Positions 23,780 to 36,949 of a stretch of 64,000 nt of DNA are shown here, piece after piece. The position numbers and the translations under genes are program-made. The stretch is from the NCBI RefSeq assembly GCF_006345805.1, contig NC_043000.1:45756001-45820000 (forward strand), in the 5' to 3' direction. This DNA comes from Octopus sinensis. Its lineage: Eukaryota. The notes beneath the pieces were generated by a model. That model was not told the origin of the DNA, did not search any database, and saw only the letters and a program-made list of their open reading frames with translations. The first letter of the stretch is position 1, and every line of letters begins with the position of its first letter.

Positions 23780-24390
23780 TTGAGGGAGTATTCTCCACCA
23801 CATCAAATTTCAGCACCATGGACCCCACTTCTCTAGGAATTGAAAGGAGCAACGTCTCATATTTGATCTTGGCACTATGTCCCCAACAGGTATGAATGAA
23901 CGTTTCTCCTTTAAACCTTTCACCTCCTCTTAATTCTTTTTAACCCTCTTTAATCCTTCTTCCACCCTCTCTGCAACATTCCCTTATTTACTTACCTCTA
24001 CTCTCTCCATTACACTTTTCCTTCTCCTTTCTGCACATCCTCTCCCATATCATCTGTTTCACATTAGCAGCCTGTGTTATTCTGAACTGTACTGTCGTTA
24101 CTGTCTTGGTTTTGTTACCATTTTACCCCTCTGCAAAAAGATCTCAAATTTTATTTGATTTGCTTTTTGCAGGAAGGAAAGTTTCTTATCGAAGATACGT
24201 CTCGCCTTCACCTTCGAAACGTAGAGTAGATGAAACCATGGCGACTGAAGAAGGTTTTTTTCCGTGTGTTATTTGTCCTGTACTCTTTTTTTGTTGTTTA
24301 AGAAAAATGTCCAGTTCCTTGTGTTTGTGTCTATGTTTTCATTTCTCATCGTGTTCGACGTTTTTTTGGTGTCCTGTACTCATATATGCG
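23780..24390 (+). mobile_element. Penelope-like element 3' remnant (GIY-YIG C-terminus plus terminal-repeat region)
   Basis: Translates KEQRLIFDLGTMSPTGMNERFSF, the typical E..LIF.LGTL.P.GLN end of PLE endonucleases. Followed by a pyrimidine-rich UTR and GAAACGTA / CTGAAGA motifs. Confidence 0.65.
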
Positions 24391-25519
24391 TGTATATATA
24401 CATGTAGAGGTAAGTATGTACATATATATGCATATGTTTTATTTATTAATATATTATATATATATATATACATATACGCACACACACACATTTGAACATA
24501 TTAGTGCATATATGTATGTAGGATATATAGTGAAATGAGACTTGACGATAAATGATGCTTCAGGCAATATCTGATGAAATGCTAGTTTTTAGTGCGCATA
24601 TAATATTGTCATTTAAATGTAGCATGGGAGGAGGTAAACTAATAAAAGAAACAATATATTTAAAAAATATTGCTATCTACAAAGTCTTGTTTCATTTTTA
24701 TTTCAGAATTGTTTAAAAGGTTGTTTTATACATTTCATGCTCTACACACAAGAGAGAGTAAGAAGAGAGAATTTTAAGAGAAATATTCTCAAATTTAAAA
24801 TGCCTACTTATAATACATATATGTGGTATATTGAGAAATATTAATTCCATCAGTTTTTTTTGTCTTCAACAGAGAATATATTTATGTTTAAATTTTCGTT
24901 TGTGTGCAGTGTTCATTTATAGTTTTTTAAAATCTACATTTATTTTTCCACTCACCATATCCCACTAATCTTGCATCCCAAATGTGTTTCCAAATAGTAT
25001 TCATCAATAATTAGCTTTTGTTATCGTTTGCAATTCTTAACACTTTGTATTTCACTAGGTTATATTGGATTTCTTATCAGACAATATATATGTACATGTG
25101 TATGTATAAACTTTGAAATATTTTTGTTTTAAAACTTCATTTGGATTCCTTTTATAGATTTTGAAAGATTTATTTATTTGAGAAATTTCAAATGCACTTC
25201 TAATTATTATTTACCCAGTAATTAACATTTTTTTATCACTTTATGTTCCTCTAGCTTACATTCAGCTTCTTCTATAGAATTCAACTTAACTCAAATATTC
25301 TACTAGTTTTATGCCAGATCCAGCCTCTCACTCCTACCTTGCAATGTCATACTAAGAATATATAATCACATCTTTGAAATCTCAAAGCTACAAGATAATA
25401 CAGGATTAATTTTACAAAATGTGAATATATAAGTATAACACTCTTCCTTTCTTCCACTCTCTCTTTCTTTTCCTTGCTCTTCCCTCAGGTTGAGTAACTA
25501 TGTATCTCCTCTATGGCAG

Positions 25520-26180
25520 CACACCTGCTTCTACCTTCATTCTTGATCACTCTCTCTCTCTCTCTCGCTCTCTCTCTCCCCTTCTTTTGCTCTTCCCTCT
25601 GGTTAGGTAACCAATCTCTCCTTTACATTAGTATACATATTTCTGTCCTCTTTCTTGTTACTTCTCTCTCTCTCTCACTTACCCTCTCTCTTCCTCTCTA
25701 TCACTCTACCTTTGTTTGTCTGAGTCTCTTTTTCTCTCCCTCTTTCTCTCTCTCTCTTTCTGTCTCTCTTGGCCAAATAACCATGTACCTCCTCTCTAGC
25801 AAGACACCTGTTTCTACCTCTGTCTCTACCACATTCTAATCTTTCATAATCTGACACAAGATCACCTCCACCTCCTTCTCAAAATTCCTTGTATTGTAAG
25901 TTACTTGGTGACTCTGCCAGTACTGGTGCCATGTGAAAAGCACTCAGGTCCACACTGTAAAGTGTTTGGCATTTAAAAGGCATCCAGCTGAAATAACCAT
26001 GCCAAAACTGACCTCACCTGTGCTGGTGCCATGTAAAACACACGCAATCCACTCTGTTGGGTGGTTGGTTTTCAAAAAGCCATCCAGCCATAAACAACAT
26101 GCCAAAAAAAGACATAATAGCCTAGTGTAGCCTTTTACCTGGCTGGCTCCTGTCAAATGATGATGATGATGATGATGAAC
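25520..26180 (+). mobile_element. RTE-type LINE 3' UTR remnant
   Basis: (CT)-rich segment, then gtaagttacttggtgac...aaaagcactcag...ggcatccagc, ending (GAT)n. Homologous to 43900-44360. Confidence 0.65.
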
Positions 26181-29100
26181 AGCATAACATGTGAAGAAGT
26201 AACTTGAATGTTAAAGAGCTAAACATCTTAGAGCACCTATGTTAACAAATAAATAAGCTGCACATGACATTAAAATATTCATACAATAACAAAACATGGT
26301 CTGTGGCATATCATATAGACACCTTGATTTGGTTTTAGCATTTAATAAGATGTATCTGAAAGAAGAATTTTTGCCACCAGCAGCTGAAATCTATATTCAT
26401 CAATAAACAAACATTTTGAATAATTCACTTGAACTTTAAATACCAAGCTTCTTTTTAGAACTAAAAATCGCTTGAGATGTGATCAAAACTCAAGTATGGC
26501 CCACATAAGAACATTACTTACCAATGTGACAAGCTTTTGCTACACCAAACAAGGGCCAACCAACTGAGTAGTTAAGTACCATTCCTAGAAGTACTGATTC
26601 CTCTTGTTGCCTCTTTTATCTCTATTATGATGGCTTTTGGTCTAGCAAGTTACTTACCATTTCCCTCACAATTATCTAAATCATTCATCATCTCTTCTCT
26701 TATCTGATTTTTTAGCTTTATACTTCAAACCAGAGACTCCTCATCAGCATTGTATATCTGTTGATACTGTTGTTATTTAACCCAGGCCAGTTCCAGTAGA
26801 ACAAATCTACAGTCACTGCTTCTTGATCATGACCACTGTATCTTTCTTTGTGTATAGGTTACATTATCCAATGACTTGGAAGATATTTGACTGCTATTTC
26901 TAGCCAGTCAACTAACCATATAAATGCATCCTGCTTATATCTTTCCCTTAGGCACCTATGTATAAAATTCTAAACTACCCATCTTCCTTCTACTGGATAT
27001 TCTCAAAAGAAGTACAATAATTTTATCTATATATGCTCTCTGGAAGTTGCAAGTTGGCAAAGTCATTAAAGCATTAGAAAGACTGTCCTGACGAATTTTT
27101 TCTGACTCTCAACATTCCGAGTTCAAATTCTACCCTAGGTTAGCTTTGCTCTTTGTTCTTTCAGAGTTGATATAAATATATCAATCCAGGACGGGGGATG
27201 CTTTGCAATATCTGCTCCAGCACTTTGTGTTGTGATAATACCTACAATGGCACTTGTTCAAAGTTTTATCAGGTGTGAAGTAACAGTCTCTATTTTGGAC
27301 AATATTGGTGACATGGAGATTGTAGGTATTTATGGATAGATAAATTTTATTTTCCTTCCCCATCCCCAACAACAAAAGACGGCCCAGGAATACACAAATA
27401 TATCTCATCTGATGTCAGCCCTAGATATGCCTTTTTTAATTCAAAGATTGTGCAAAGATGTTTATGAATGATACCTAGTAAATACTACATAACTATTATC
27501 TTTTACATTTTGAATTATACATCTTATATCTTAATTGAGTGTTATTAACTCTCTGTCTATCTATCTATCTATCTATATACAAACATACATGCATACATAT
27601 ACATTATAATTATATATATATCATATACATAATCATATATATATATATATAATTGATGAAGGAAATAGAACATAGATTTAGTACTAAATCCACCTTCTAC
27701 TTGCTACATCAGTTATAAACTCAACACACTATGCAGATTCCCTGATAGAGATCCAGTGACAGTTATATCATAATAGTGGATGACATCAGGTAGCCCAAAT
27801 GGTGAATGTGTTTTAATTGACATACTACTCAAATCCAAATCGCTGCACACACACACACACACATGTGTGTGTACATCTCAGCCAGAAATTTGAAAAGTAC
27901 AGAGTTCGATTCTCTGTAGAGGCTTGTTGGCTACTTTCTGTCCAGCCTATGCCAGCAAGGAAAACGGACTTTAATGAATGATGATGATGATGATGATACA
28001 TACATACAAACATTCACACATTCATACACTTCATATCGCTTTGATGGATTCTACATTCCCCTATTTTGTGTTCATTATAAATGCACTGGTTTGTAATTAT
28101 AAAAGTAGTGTTCTTTAAAACATGAGATGGATCACTTTTAAATAACAACAGTTCTAATAAAAGATGGACAGTCTCCGAAGGGAAGTGAGGACAAATATCT
28201 ATTGATTTTTATTAGTAAGTATCAAAGGGGTCAATAAAAAGGCAGATATTTACAGGAACTTAATGAGAAAACTAATAAACTGATTATATACAAGAGAACA
28301 AAGATGTCTATGTTAAGGAAGTGGCTCAATCTTGAAGTAGCTTTAGGCTGAAGTAATAATTTGTAAGCTGTCCATTAATAAATTCAAAAATAGAGCAACT
28401 AAAATTAGTAAAATCTAGGATGAATATGGTATTTTGATATACAAGCTGAATAATTTGTTGGAAGTTCAGTCTGAAAGCTTTTCACGATTTTATTTTGAGA
28501 GAAAGCACAAAAGTGTGTGAGAGAGATGGGGAGAGGGTTCCCATGTGATAGTATCTATAGATAAATAAGTTACCAATGAACTTGGGCATTATCATACAAT
28601 TTGTAACAACAAACTATTAATGTTAATTATTTTATCTTTATTATAGATAAATTAAGAGTAAAATAAATTTGAGAAGCATTGAAGATTTGTATAAATTAGA
28701 TCACAAACATCAGATGACACAAGATTGAATATGAGTGCAGCAACACTTTGGGAAGTAAAGATGAATGGAGATGTGCTGTATAGTAGACAGGGTTCAGATT
28801 TATGAACATGCAGAAATTTATAATTAATGGAGCTATCATCAAAGGCAGTAGAGGTAGTGACATTTGCTTTGGTGGTACTTGCATTAGTGGTGGTACCATT
28901 GCCTTCATCGCCATTGTCATCACCATCGTAATTATCATCATCATTCTTTTAAATCCATTCTCCATACTGACTTTGGCTGGATGGTTTAATAGGATTCAAC
29001 AAGGTGGAGAACTGTGTTCTATTCCAATGCTTCAGTTCTGACATGCTTTATATGACTAGATGTCCTTCTTCATATAAACTACTTTACATAGAACCTTCAC

Positions 29101-30059
29101 TAAATGAGTGAGAAATGGAGATGCATAAAGCTATGTTGTGTAGAGGACACAGTCCATTGATGTGAACATAGAGAAATTGATGGTGTTACTATGGTCGTTA
29201 TTATTACCATTCTAATTAGAGTGGGTGACGTTTCACAATTACTAGTGTTGAACAAAATACCATGTGGTATTTAGTTACAGCCCTTAACATCCTGAGTTCA
29301 AATAACAACCAAAGCCAATTCTGAGATTTTTGTAATTGAAGGAAGGACTCTCTTAAAAGTCAAAGCCTAATTGTTATATTTGTCAGAATAACAACCTTAG
29401 AGCTGAATGCTCCAAAGAAAAAGAAAGCAAAAACAAGGAAAACAATACAAAACAAAAATAATGCTCATCAGTTACAACAAAGAGACAAACAAACTCCAGT
29501 TTTCAGAGCACTGCCAATGAAAACTTTGGTGGCAGGAAAAGAAAAATTCTTAGGCTCAGTATTACAAATAAATGAACAAATGGTAGACAGAAACTGAAAG
29601 TACCCTATTGTGTGTGTGTGTGTGTGTGTGTATTTGTGTGTGTTTGTGTGTGTGTGTGTGTTTGTGTTTGTGTGTGTGTGTGTGTGTGTCTAAGTTGTTT
29701 CGGAATTGTCACAACCACCCAAGTAAATGTAAGTAAACGTAACCTTTTACTAGAGGATGTGGAACTCCTGAATGCAAATACACATTTCATGAATGTTATG
29801 TTATCTACCATTTAGACACCATGCTCCTGGTTGTGATGTTGCTTCTAATTTTGTGTCAAAACAAGCAATACTTGAGCCTCCCAAACAAATGATGCCTCAG
29901 AGCCCTATTTCTAACCCTATTAATACTTCAGATGCTTCTTCTGAATCAGACCACCAGAGTGTAATGAGAAGGAATGATGTGCCTCCTTGACAGCCACTGA
30001 CTCTCTTTCTCTTCCTTATCACTGTAATTGTACTAAACACATTACTTTGTACTTAGAGC

Positions 30060-30310
30060 ATTCAAGCATTGGGCCTCATAGAGGCAGTAAGAGGTGACCA
30101 AGGCCTTTAGTGATATACTGTGTTTATGTAGTCCTGTTAAGCCAAGTGAGACCCTAATTGTGGCCAATGCCAATATCAGGTCAATGGTACCCATGCTGGT
30201 GATATGTAAAAACATCCACTACACTCTCAGAGTGGTTGGCATTAGGAAGGGGCATCCAACTGTAGAAACCTTGCCAAATCAGATTGGAACTTGGTGCAGC
30301 TCCCCAACTT
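30060..30310 (+). mobile_element. RTE-type LINE 3' UTR remnant
   Basis: gtggttggcattaggaaggggcatccaactgtagaaacc block shared with the other copies. Confidence 0.6.
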
Positions 30311-31789
30311 AGTTTTCAGTCAAACCATCCAACCCATACATACATACATACATACATACATACATACACACATACACACATACACGCATACACACATACA
30401 TACATACATACATACACACATATATTTATGTATATATATATATATATATACATGTGTGTGTGTATGTATGTATATATATATCTTTCTTTAATGTTTCGTG
30501 CTTGTTCAGTTTAGCTGTTCAAGTGGCTGACATGAAATATAGTACAATTTGAGAGGTGTGGAGAATGAATAATGACCTATCATTATAAAACTAGTTAACC
30601 TCCTTTGTTTGTTGTACTATTACAAGTCTGACTTGCTTTGAGGCTGTCTTTGGTTTGCAGCAAGCACAATATATACTCATTAAAATGTCAAATAAAACCT
30701 GGAAATGGTATACAAGTCGTAATTATATGTAAGCTTTCTACCCATATGATAGAACTCATAGCCATCGTCACAGTGCTTTTTACCAGGTACAGTTCTAGCA
30801 TAGCTGTGTGACCCTTGTGGAGTCCTTAGGACTTAAAAGTTCATATTGAGATATCCCCTGACCACAAGTCACTTTTCTATAAACCCTGTTTTGATCATTC
30901 TCTCATACTCTGACACAAAAGTCACAAAAAACCATGGGTTTTTATCAGGTCCACTGTCTCTTATTGCGATTGTTGTATTTCTTATTGTGACTGCTGTGGA
31001 CTGAGGCATGAATATATAGTTCATGGTATGTCTCTCAATTTCAGTCATTGTTTTGGATGCATTTTCAATTTAAAGGTATGGCAAATTGCACCATAGCATC
31101 AGGCATTCTCAAATGAGATAGTTTCTCCAAATATGTCCTTGCGGGCTTGCTTTTGTGCTTCCTTTTAAGGTAACATAACCCACCTATATCTTTTCAAAAG
31201 CAGATATATATATATATAATTTTTCTCTTCCTCCTCTTCTGCAATATTTCCTGAGACAATGAGACAATGAAATGCTTTTGGACTTGACAAATTCTCACAT
31301 TAACATTTTGTATCTACGATAGGTCTGAAAATTCTGTCTGCTCATTTAGTATCAAGGGAATGTTTGTTTTCAATATGTTATATGAACAGACTGTAGTGTT
31401 TGGAATCATATAAAAGTTATCATTGTTCTGGTTACTATTACTCACTTCCAAATTACACATTTGAGTTTTTGGGATGTTTTCTTCTAATAATTGTTCTCCA
31501 TACTGTTTATTTTCTTCTTCCATTTGTAAATTTAGTTGTGTGTTTTCGTTTTGTGTTGATTTTTTTTTTAGTTATTGCACTATTTTCCCATGTGGCATAA
31601 TTATATGTGGTAGCCATTTTGTGCGTGAAAATGTAATATGTATAAATGAAATTTTAGAAGTTTATCAAGAAGCTTTCTTTTTCTCTATTGTTTACTCATG
31701 GATATTGCAGACATCCCTTCCTTGGGTAATAATATTTCATTTTGCTAGTACTCTATGGGAATAATCTAATCTGGTAATGCTCAACATAT

Positions 31790-31867
31790 AACCAGAAAAA
31801 TGAGGTGACTCGATATCACCAAACCTTAAGACAACATTCCTGCTAACTAAAATACCATGAATAGTTT

Positions 31868-31911
<44 letters not shown>

Positions 31912-32230
31912 CAAGAATAATAATAACAATAACAATAATAATAATTATAATGATGATGATAATAATAACAATAGTAATGATGATGATGATGATAAATAGT
32001 AAAATGTTTGGTTCAAATGTAAAGATAGAACACCTACAAAAATCAGAATTGCTTGCAACTGCAAGATTTCTTTGCAGGGTTTTTGAAGCATGACCAGTAA
32101 ACAAGTGTCACCTTTGTCTGCTGGCTGTGCACAGCTGACACTTTTCATCATACCCAGCAAAATAAGATGTGAATTTTCATATAATAATAATAATAATATT
32201 AATAATAATAATAATAATGATAATAAGAGA
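31790..32230 (+). mobile_element. R4/Dong-type LINE 3' ends embedded in (AAT)n
   Basis: NVKIEHLQKSELLATARFLCRVFEA* then a short UTR and an (AAT)n tail. The same C-terminus recurs at 33897-33972. Confidence 0.75.
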
Positions 32231-32736
32231 GTTCAACAAAATCATGCAGAAGGAAAGAATATTTCCAACATTGACTGGATAGAATAGAACCCAAGCAGTA
32301 AATACATAAGCAATAAAATCACTTCAGTATAGAACTGGAATCTTAAACTGGCAAAAAAAAAAAAAGAATTGATGAGCATGAATACAAAGACAAGGAAAAT
32401 ATTGACAGTGTATGGAGTATTTCATCCCACGAGTGACACTGATAGGTTGTACTTGTCCAGAAAAAAGAGTGGGAAAGGTTTTTTCAGTTGCCAGTGTTGC
32501 ATAGAAGCAAAGAAAAACTGCATGTAAAAATACCATGGAACTATTGCTGGAACATGTGCAGAAGTCACAAAATTAATAATTGTTGTAAAGAAAGGAAAAT
32601 TTAAAGAGAAAAAGAACTCAAAATAGAAATAGCATGGAAAGAATAAAAATATATGTCAGTCTGCAAGGGATACCAACACTAAGACAAATACAGAAGACCA
32701 GTGGTTATGGATGCAGAGAAATGACCTGAAGATAGA

Positions 32737-32925
32737 TTTCTTTATTGGTCATGCAGGGCTAAACACAGAAGGGACAAAATACAAAGTAGAGCTTTTCTTT
32801 TTGGGAAGAAGAGAAGGGGGAAAAAAAGGGAAGCGAATTCTGATCAAATGGGATCAGGAAAAAAATGTGGGGGCGAATTCCAAGCAAAAGGGATCGTGAA
32901 AAAGAAATGGGGTTGATCAATAGGG
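32737..32925 (-). mobile_element. Orphan retroposon 3' end with the SINE-B-type tail, inserted in the R4/Dong element
   Basis: Minus strand ends tgtcccttctgtgtttagccctgcatgaccaataaagaaat. The upstream pyrimidine-rich sequence is not SINE B body. Confidence 0.6.
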
Positions 32926-33511
32926 ATGAAGATAAAGACACAAGAACAAGCATTGAGAACAAACTATGCGAAATGCAGAACTGATAAAACAACTGAGAGT
33001 GACAAATGGAGAGTATGTGGTGAGAGAGGTGAAACAGTATGGCACATGGTTATTAAATGCCCGGAACTGGCACAAAGCAATTCCAAAAAATCACATGACA
33101 ATGTGACAAGAATGATCCATTGGGAGCTCTGGAGAAAGTCATGGCCTTCAAAGAACAAAGATGTGGTATGACCAAATCCCAGAAGAATTACCAAGAATGA
33201 AGGCTGCAAAATTTTGTGGGATGAAATGATTCAGTGTGACCATTTAGATCAGACATCAGAAACCTGACATTGTGGTGAATAAAAAAAGAAAAATCTTGCA
33301 TTATAATCGACATAGCATGTCTCAGTGTCAACAAGATCAAAGAGAAAGAAGAAAAACTGGACACCTATGATGATTTGAAGTGGGAAATAAGCAGGTTGTG
33401 AGCAATGAAGAGAGTGGATGTTATATCAATATTAATTGGCATGCTTGGGAGTATCAGTACTCAACTACCAATGTGGCTCAAAAGGATTGGTACAAATGTA
33501 AAGATAGTGGT

Positions 33512-33896
33512 GGAAGCACTCCGTCGGTTACGACGACAAGGGTTCCGGTTGATCCGAATCAACGGAACAGCCTGCTCGTGAAATTAACGTGTAAGTGGCT
33601 GAGCACCCCACAGACACGTGTACCCTTAACGTAGTTCTCAGGGATATTCAGCGTGACACAGAGAGTAACAAGGCCAGCCCTTTGAAATACAGGTACAACA
33701 GAAACAGGAAGTAAGAGTGAGAGAAAGTTGTGGTGAAAGAGTACAGCAGGGATCACCACCATCCCCTGCCGGAGCCTCGTGGAGCTTTAAGTGTTTTTGC
33801 TCAATAAACACTCACAACAACCGGTCTGGGAATTGAAACCGCGATCCTATGACCGCGAGTCCGCTGCCCTAACCACTGGGCCATTGCGCCTCCACA
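33512..33896 (-). mobile_element. SINE family C, full-length and little diverged
   Basis: Head gtggaggcgcaatggcccagtggttagggcagcggactcgcgg, many CpGs retained, inserted in the Dong 3' coding end. Confidence 0.9.
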
Positions 33897-35294
33897 ATGT
33901 AAAGATAGAAAACCTACAAAAACCGTTATTGCTAGGAACTGCAAGAGTTCTCTGCAGAGTTCTTGAAGCATGATCAGTAAATAAATGCCACCTTAGACAG
34001 CTGATACCTAGCATCAAACTCAACAAAATAAGTTGAGAGCTTTTCCTGAAATAATAATATTTTTACTTTGACTGAAGCTGAATATTTTTAATGATCATTC
34101 AAAGACTGCATCATCTAGTTGCTATTACTAGCCATGTAAATTAATTTGTCTTTAACCAAGATCTGCCTACTGTACATAGTCATTATGACTCACTATAAGA
34201 GCTTTCTCTTTACTTCATAACACCTGTCGCAGATGGTTAATGAATAAAATTAACACTCATTCAGAATTATAATTCAATGATATAGAATACAACAAGCAAA
34301 TTGTATAATTTAACTTTTCAACATAAGAACTAACAAAATACATTTTAGCATTGACTATGTTTTTCTTAGCTAACATATTTTCCTCTAGCTGACTATTTGT
34401 TCAGATCATTCTTTTTCTCTTTACAGATAGCATAATTAATTAAATTTAATCTACAGTCTTCAAAAGACCTTGCAACTTTCTCTGTCAATAACCACATAAA
34501 AAATGTAAATATTAATAAAATTGTAAGTTTTTCATGTAGCAATTGAGATCTGGAACATCTTTGATGGCTATGTTATTTTCTATTGCTTCATATTTTAATA
34601 ATGCATGCTCCTTGTTACCTTTGTTATGCTGTATATTGTTGCTGTTTAGTCCTAGACCAGGCTTGATTAAGTAGACTGCTATTATAGTGATGACCTTTTA
34701 GTAATTTTTTTGGTAGAGTTAGGACTACATCACCAAACTTTACATTTTTTCTAAGATACTAAATTATGGTTTTAGATAAATTTGGCTGCTCTTTCTAGCA
34801 TAATAAGTCACTGCATATTGACTGCTACATTGGCTCATTGCTATGTCATTGCTCTTTAGCTTTATTACAGTTTTAATAGAGCTACCTATGATTAATAGTA
34901 TTCCCATTGTAACTATCATCTCTTATTTTATCAAACATGTATATAACTACGTGTTTATGAAACTCAATGTATACTTTCTTTCACAAGACATTACATTGCC
35001 ATTTTAGATAGATTTAGCTGCTGTTTCTTACAAATCAAGACTTTATCTGTTTGATATATTTAATGGAGGAAAATGACATGGTGTTGGAATTTTATTTCAT
35101 AATTTCTTAATATATTTTCAATAAAAGTAAATAAAGAAGAATTCCATTTTTATTGATTCTCATCCTGAAATCGAGCCACCTAGCTGTTAACATTTGTAAA
35201 TGATCTTACAATCAAATATTTCCAAGATTTGCATTGTTCCTATATATCTCTATATAAATATGAATTTTCTATATGTATGTCTTGGTTTCTGAAT

Positions 35295-35620
35295 CTACAA
35301 AATGTACACCATGAAAAGCATACATGACTTTTGGAAACATTTTTTCATGCTAAGAGTTGTTGAAGTATGGAAAAAACTGCCGGCATCATTTGGTAGTTGT
35401 CAGAGCACTGCATCCTTCAAAACTTTCAGGCTTTCTGAGATTCGCCAACACTACACCTGATTTTCTCCCCTCCATACACACGCAAGCATGTATCTGACTC
35501 ATATACTGTTCACTTTCCAGGCATTTGTACATTACTGCATATGCTTTATATGCACTTTTGACATCACCTGAGCACTGTGGTGCACCTGAGCACTGTATAC
35601 AATAATTTCATTATTATTTT
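35295..35620 (+). mobile_element. CR1-like LINE 3' end
   Basis: Degenerate HDFWKHFF..RVVEVWKKLPAS...STASFK...EIRQHYT* resembles the CR1 C-terminal FF..RV...WN.LP motif. UTR ends caataatttcattattatt. Confidence 0.7.
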
Positions 35621-35874
35621 TATATATATACTGTTATCCACCACCTCATAGGGAAGATCTGTGTAGTATTTTGTAAAACAAACTAGCAGCTGGATTGTTT
35701 CAAATAGCTAGAGAGAAAATATAGAGAGGTAGAATCTTGAAATGAAATAGTAGTATCAATAATTCTTTCTTTCTTTTCTTCTTGTTTTCTCTTTCTCTGG
35801 ATTAGTGGAACTGTCACAGACAGAGAATGCACAGTATGAAAGTGGAGAGAGTCATAGAGAGAGAAAGGGAAGAG

Positions 35875-35903
35875 AATGACGACGACAACGACGACGACGA
35901 CGA

Positions 35904-35937
<34 letters not shown>

Positions 35938-35995
35938 GGTGGTGGTGGTGATGATGGTGATGATGGTGATGATGGTGATGATGATGATGATGATT
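35875..35995. repeat. Compound (GAC/GAT/GGT)n microsatellite
   Basis: Seen directly; source of the poly-H/D/P ORFs in the track. Confidence 0.95.
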
Positions 35996-36504
35996 GTGTT
36001 CGCTTGAAAACTGGATTAAAACAGACAAGTTCATTAGCATTTATTGGACTCGGCTTTTTTTCCACATTACATAATCATACATTGTTGAAAAAAAAATTGA
36101 TCAGACAAAGGCAAAAATATACAAGAACATATTTTTGTTACAAACAAGTTTGTGTATAGTCTTCTAAGAAGCTTTATAGTGAAATTAATTCTGGTTAGAG
36201 CATCTTATGGAATCCACATTCAAAAACTCATCTCTGTCACACTTCAAATAATCCATTATAGAGTGTAATTCAAAATTTTACCTGAATTCATGCCAGCTCA
36301 TGAAAGAATGATTTTTTTTATCATTTAATTAGAGAAATAATTAATTAATGATTTATGAATACATAAAGTTCTCTTTAGAGATACTAACATTAATGCATTG
36401 AGGTGGTTTAATATATTGGCCAGCATTTACCTAACCAAGTGTATTAATCTATATGCATACATATACACACACACACACATATATATATACATATATATAT
36501 ATCT

Positions 36505-36620
36505 ATGACCCAGTGGTTAGGGCAGCAGACACGTGGTCGTAGGATCGCGGTTTCGATTCCTAGACCGGGCGTTGTGAGTGTTTATTGAGCGAAAACACCT
36601 AGAAGCTCCACGAGGAGAAA
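36505..36620 (+). mobile_element. SINE family C, 5' fragment
   Basis: cccagtggttagggcagcagacacgtggtcgtaggatcgcggtttcgattcc. Confidence 0.8.
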
Positions 36621-36913
36621 CAACAGAGAGAATACAAAAGTATGCATGAGAATCTTCACTTCTCTGTTGCATCAAGTAGCTTCACCTACAGCAGATGACA
36701 TTCGTGTTGCAGATGAAGAACAGGCTTTGTAGCCTTCATGCAAGTCTGCCAGAGATGAATACTGAACAAGAAAAGTCAATGTCAACCTACGATGGATTGC
36801 CAAAGAAGAAAATACAAAATATACATGCACACACATATATACTTACACAGAGATATGCTCATACAGACACATGCACACACACACACTCACACACATACAC
36901 ACACACACACACT

Positions 36914-36949
<36 letters not shown>

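Larger units (their letters stand above)
32600..34050 (+). mobile_element. R4/Dong-clade (RLE-type) LINE 3' fragment, interrupted twice
   Basis: Degenerate WLWMQRNDLKI...QEQALRTNYAKCRTDKT...CGERGETVWHM...HDNVTRMIHWEL...ILWD...QCDH...KPDIV...IIDIA...YDDLKWEI...LQKPLLLGTARVLCRVLEA*: CCHC-like finger plus PD-(D/E)xK nuclease region. Confidence 0.85.

Noticed and set aside
24171-24252. Exon-like segment with Kozak accATGG (MATEE) and an AG|gt end
   Set aside because: It lies within the Penelope-like terminal region, the donor is weak (gttttt), and no compatible downstream exon was found.
29807-29990. Possible terminal coding exon (HHAPGCDVASNF...RRNDVPP*)
   Set aside because: Plausible acceptor but no recognisable homology and no partner exons.
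30500-31620. Possible decayed minus-strand coding region (MEEENKQYGEQLLEEN...)
   Set aside because: Only a 69 aa ORF. Downstream frames contain stops at about the random rate and no motif was recognised.
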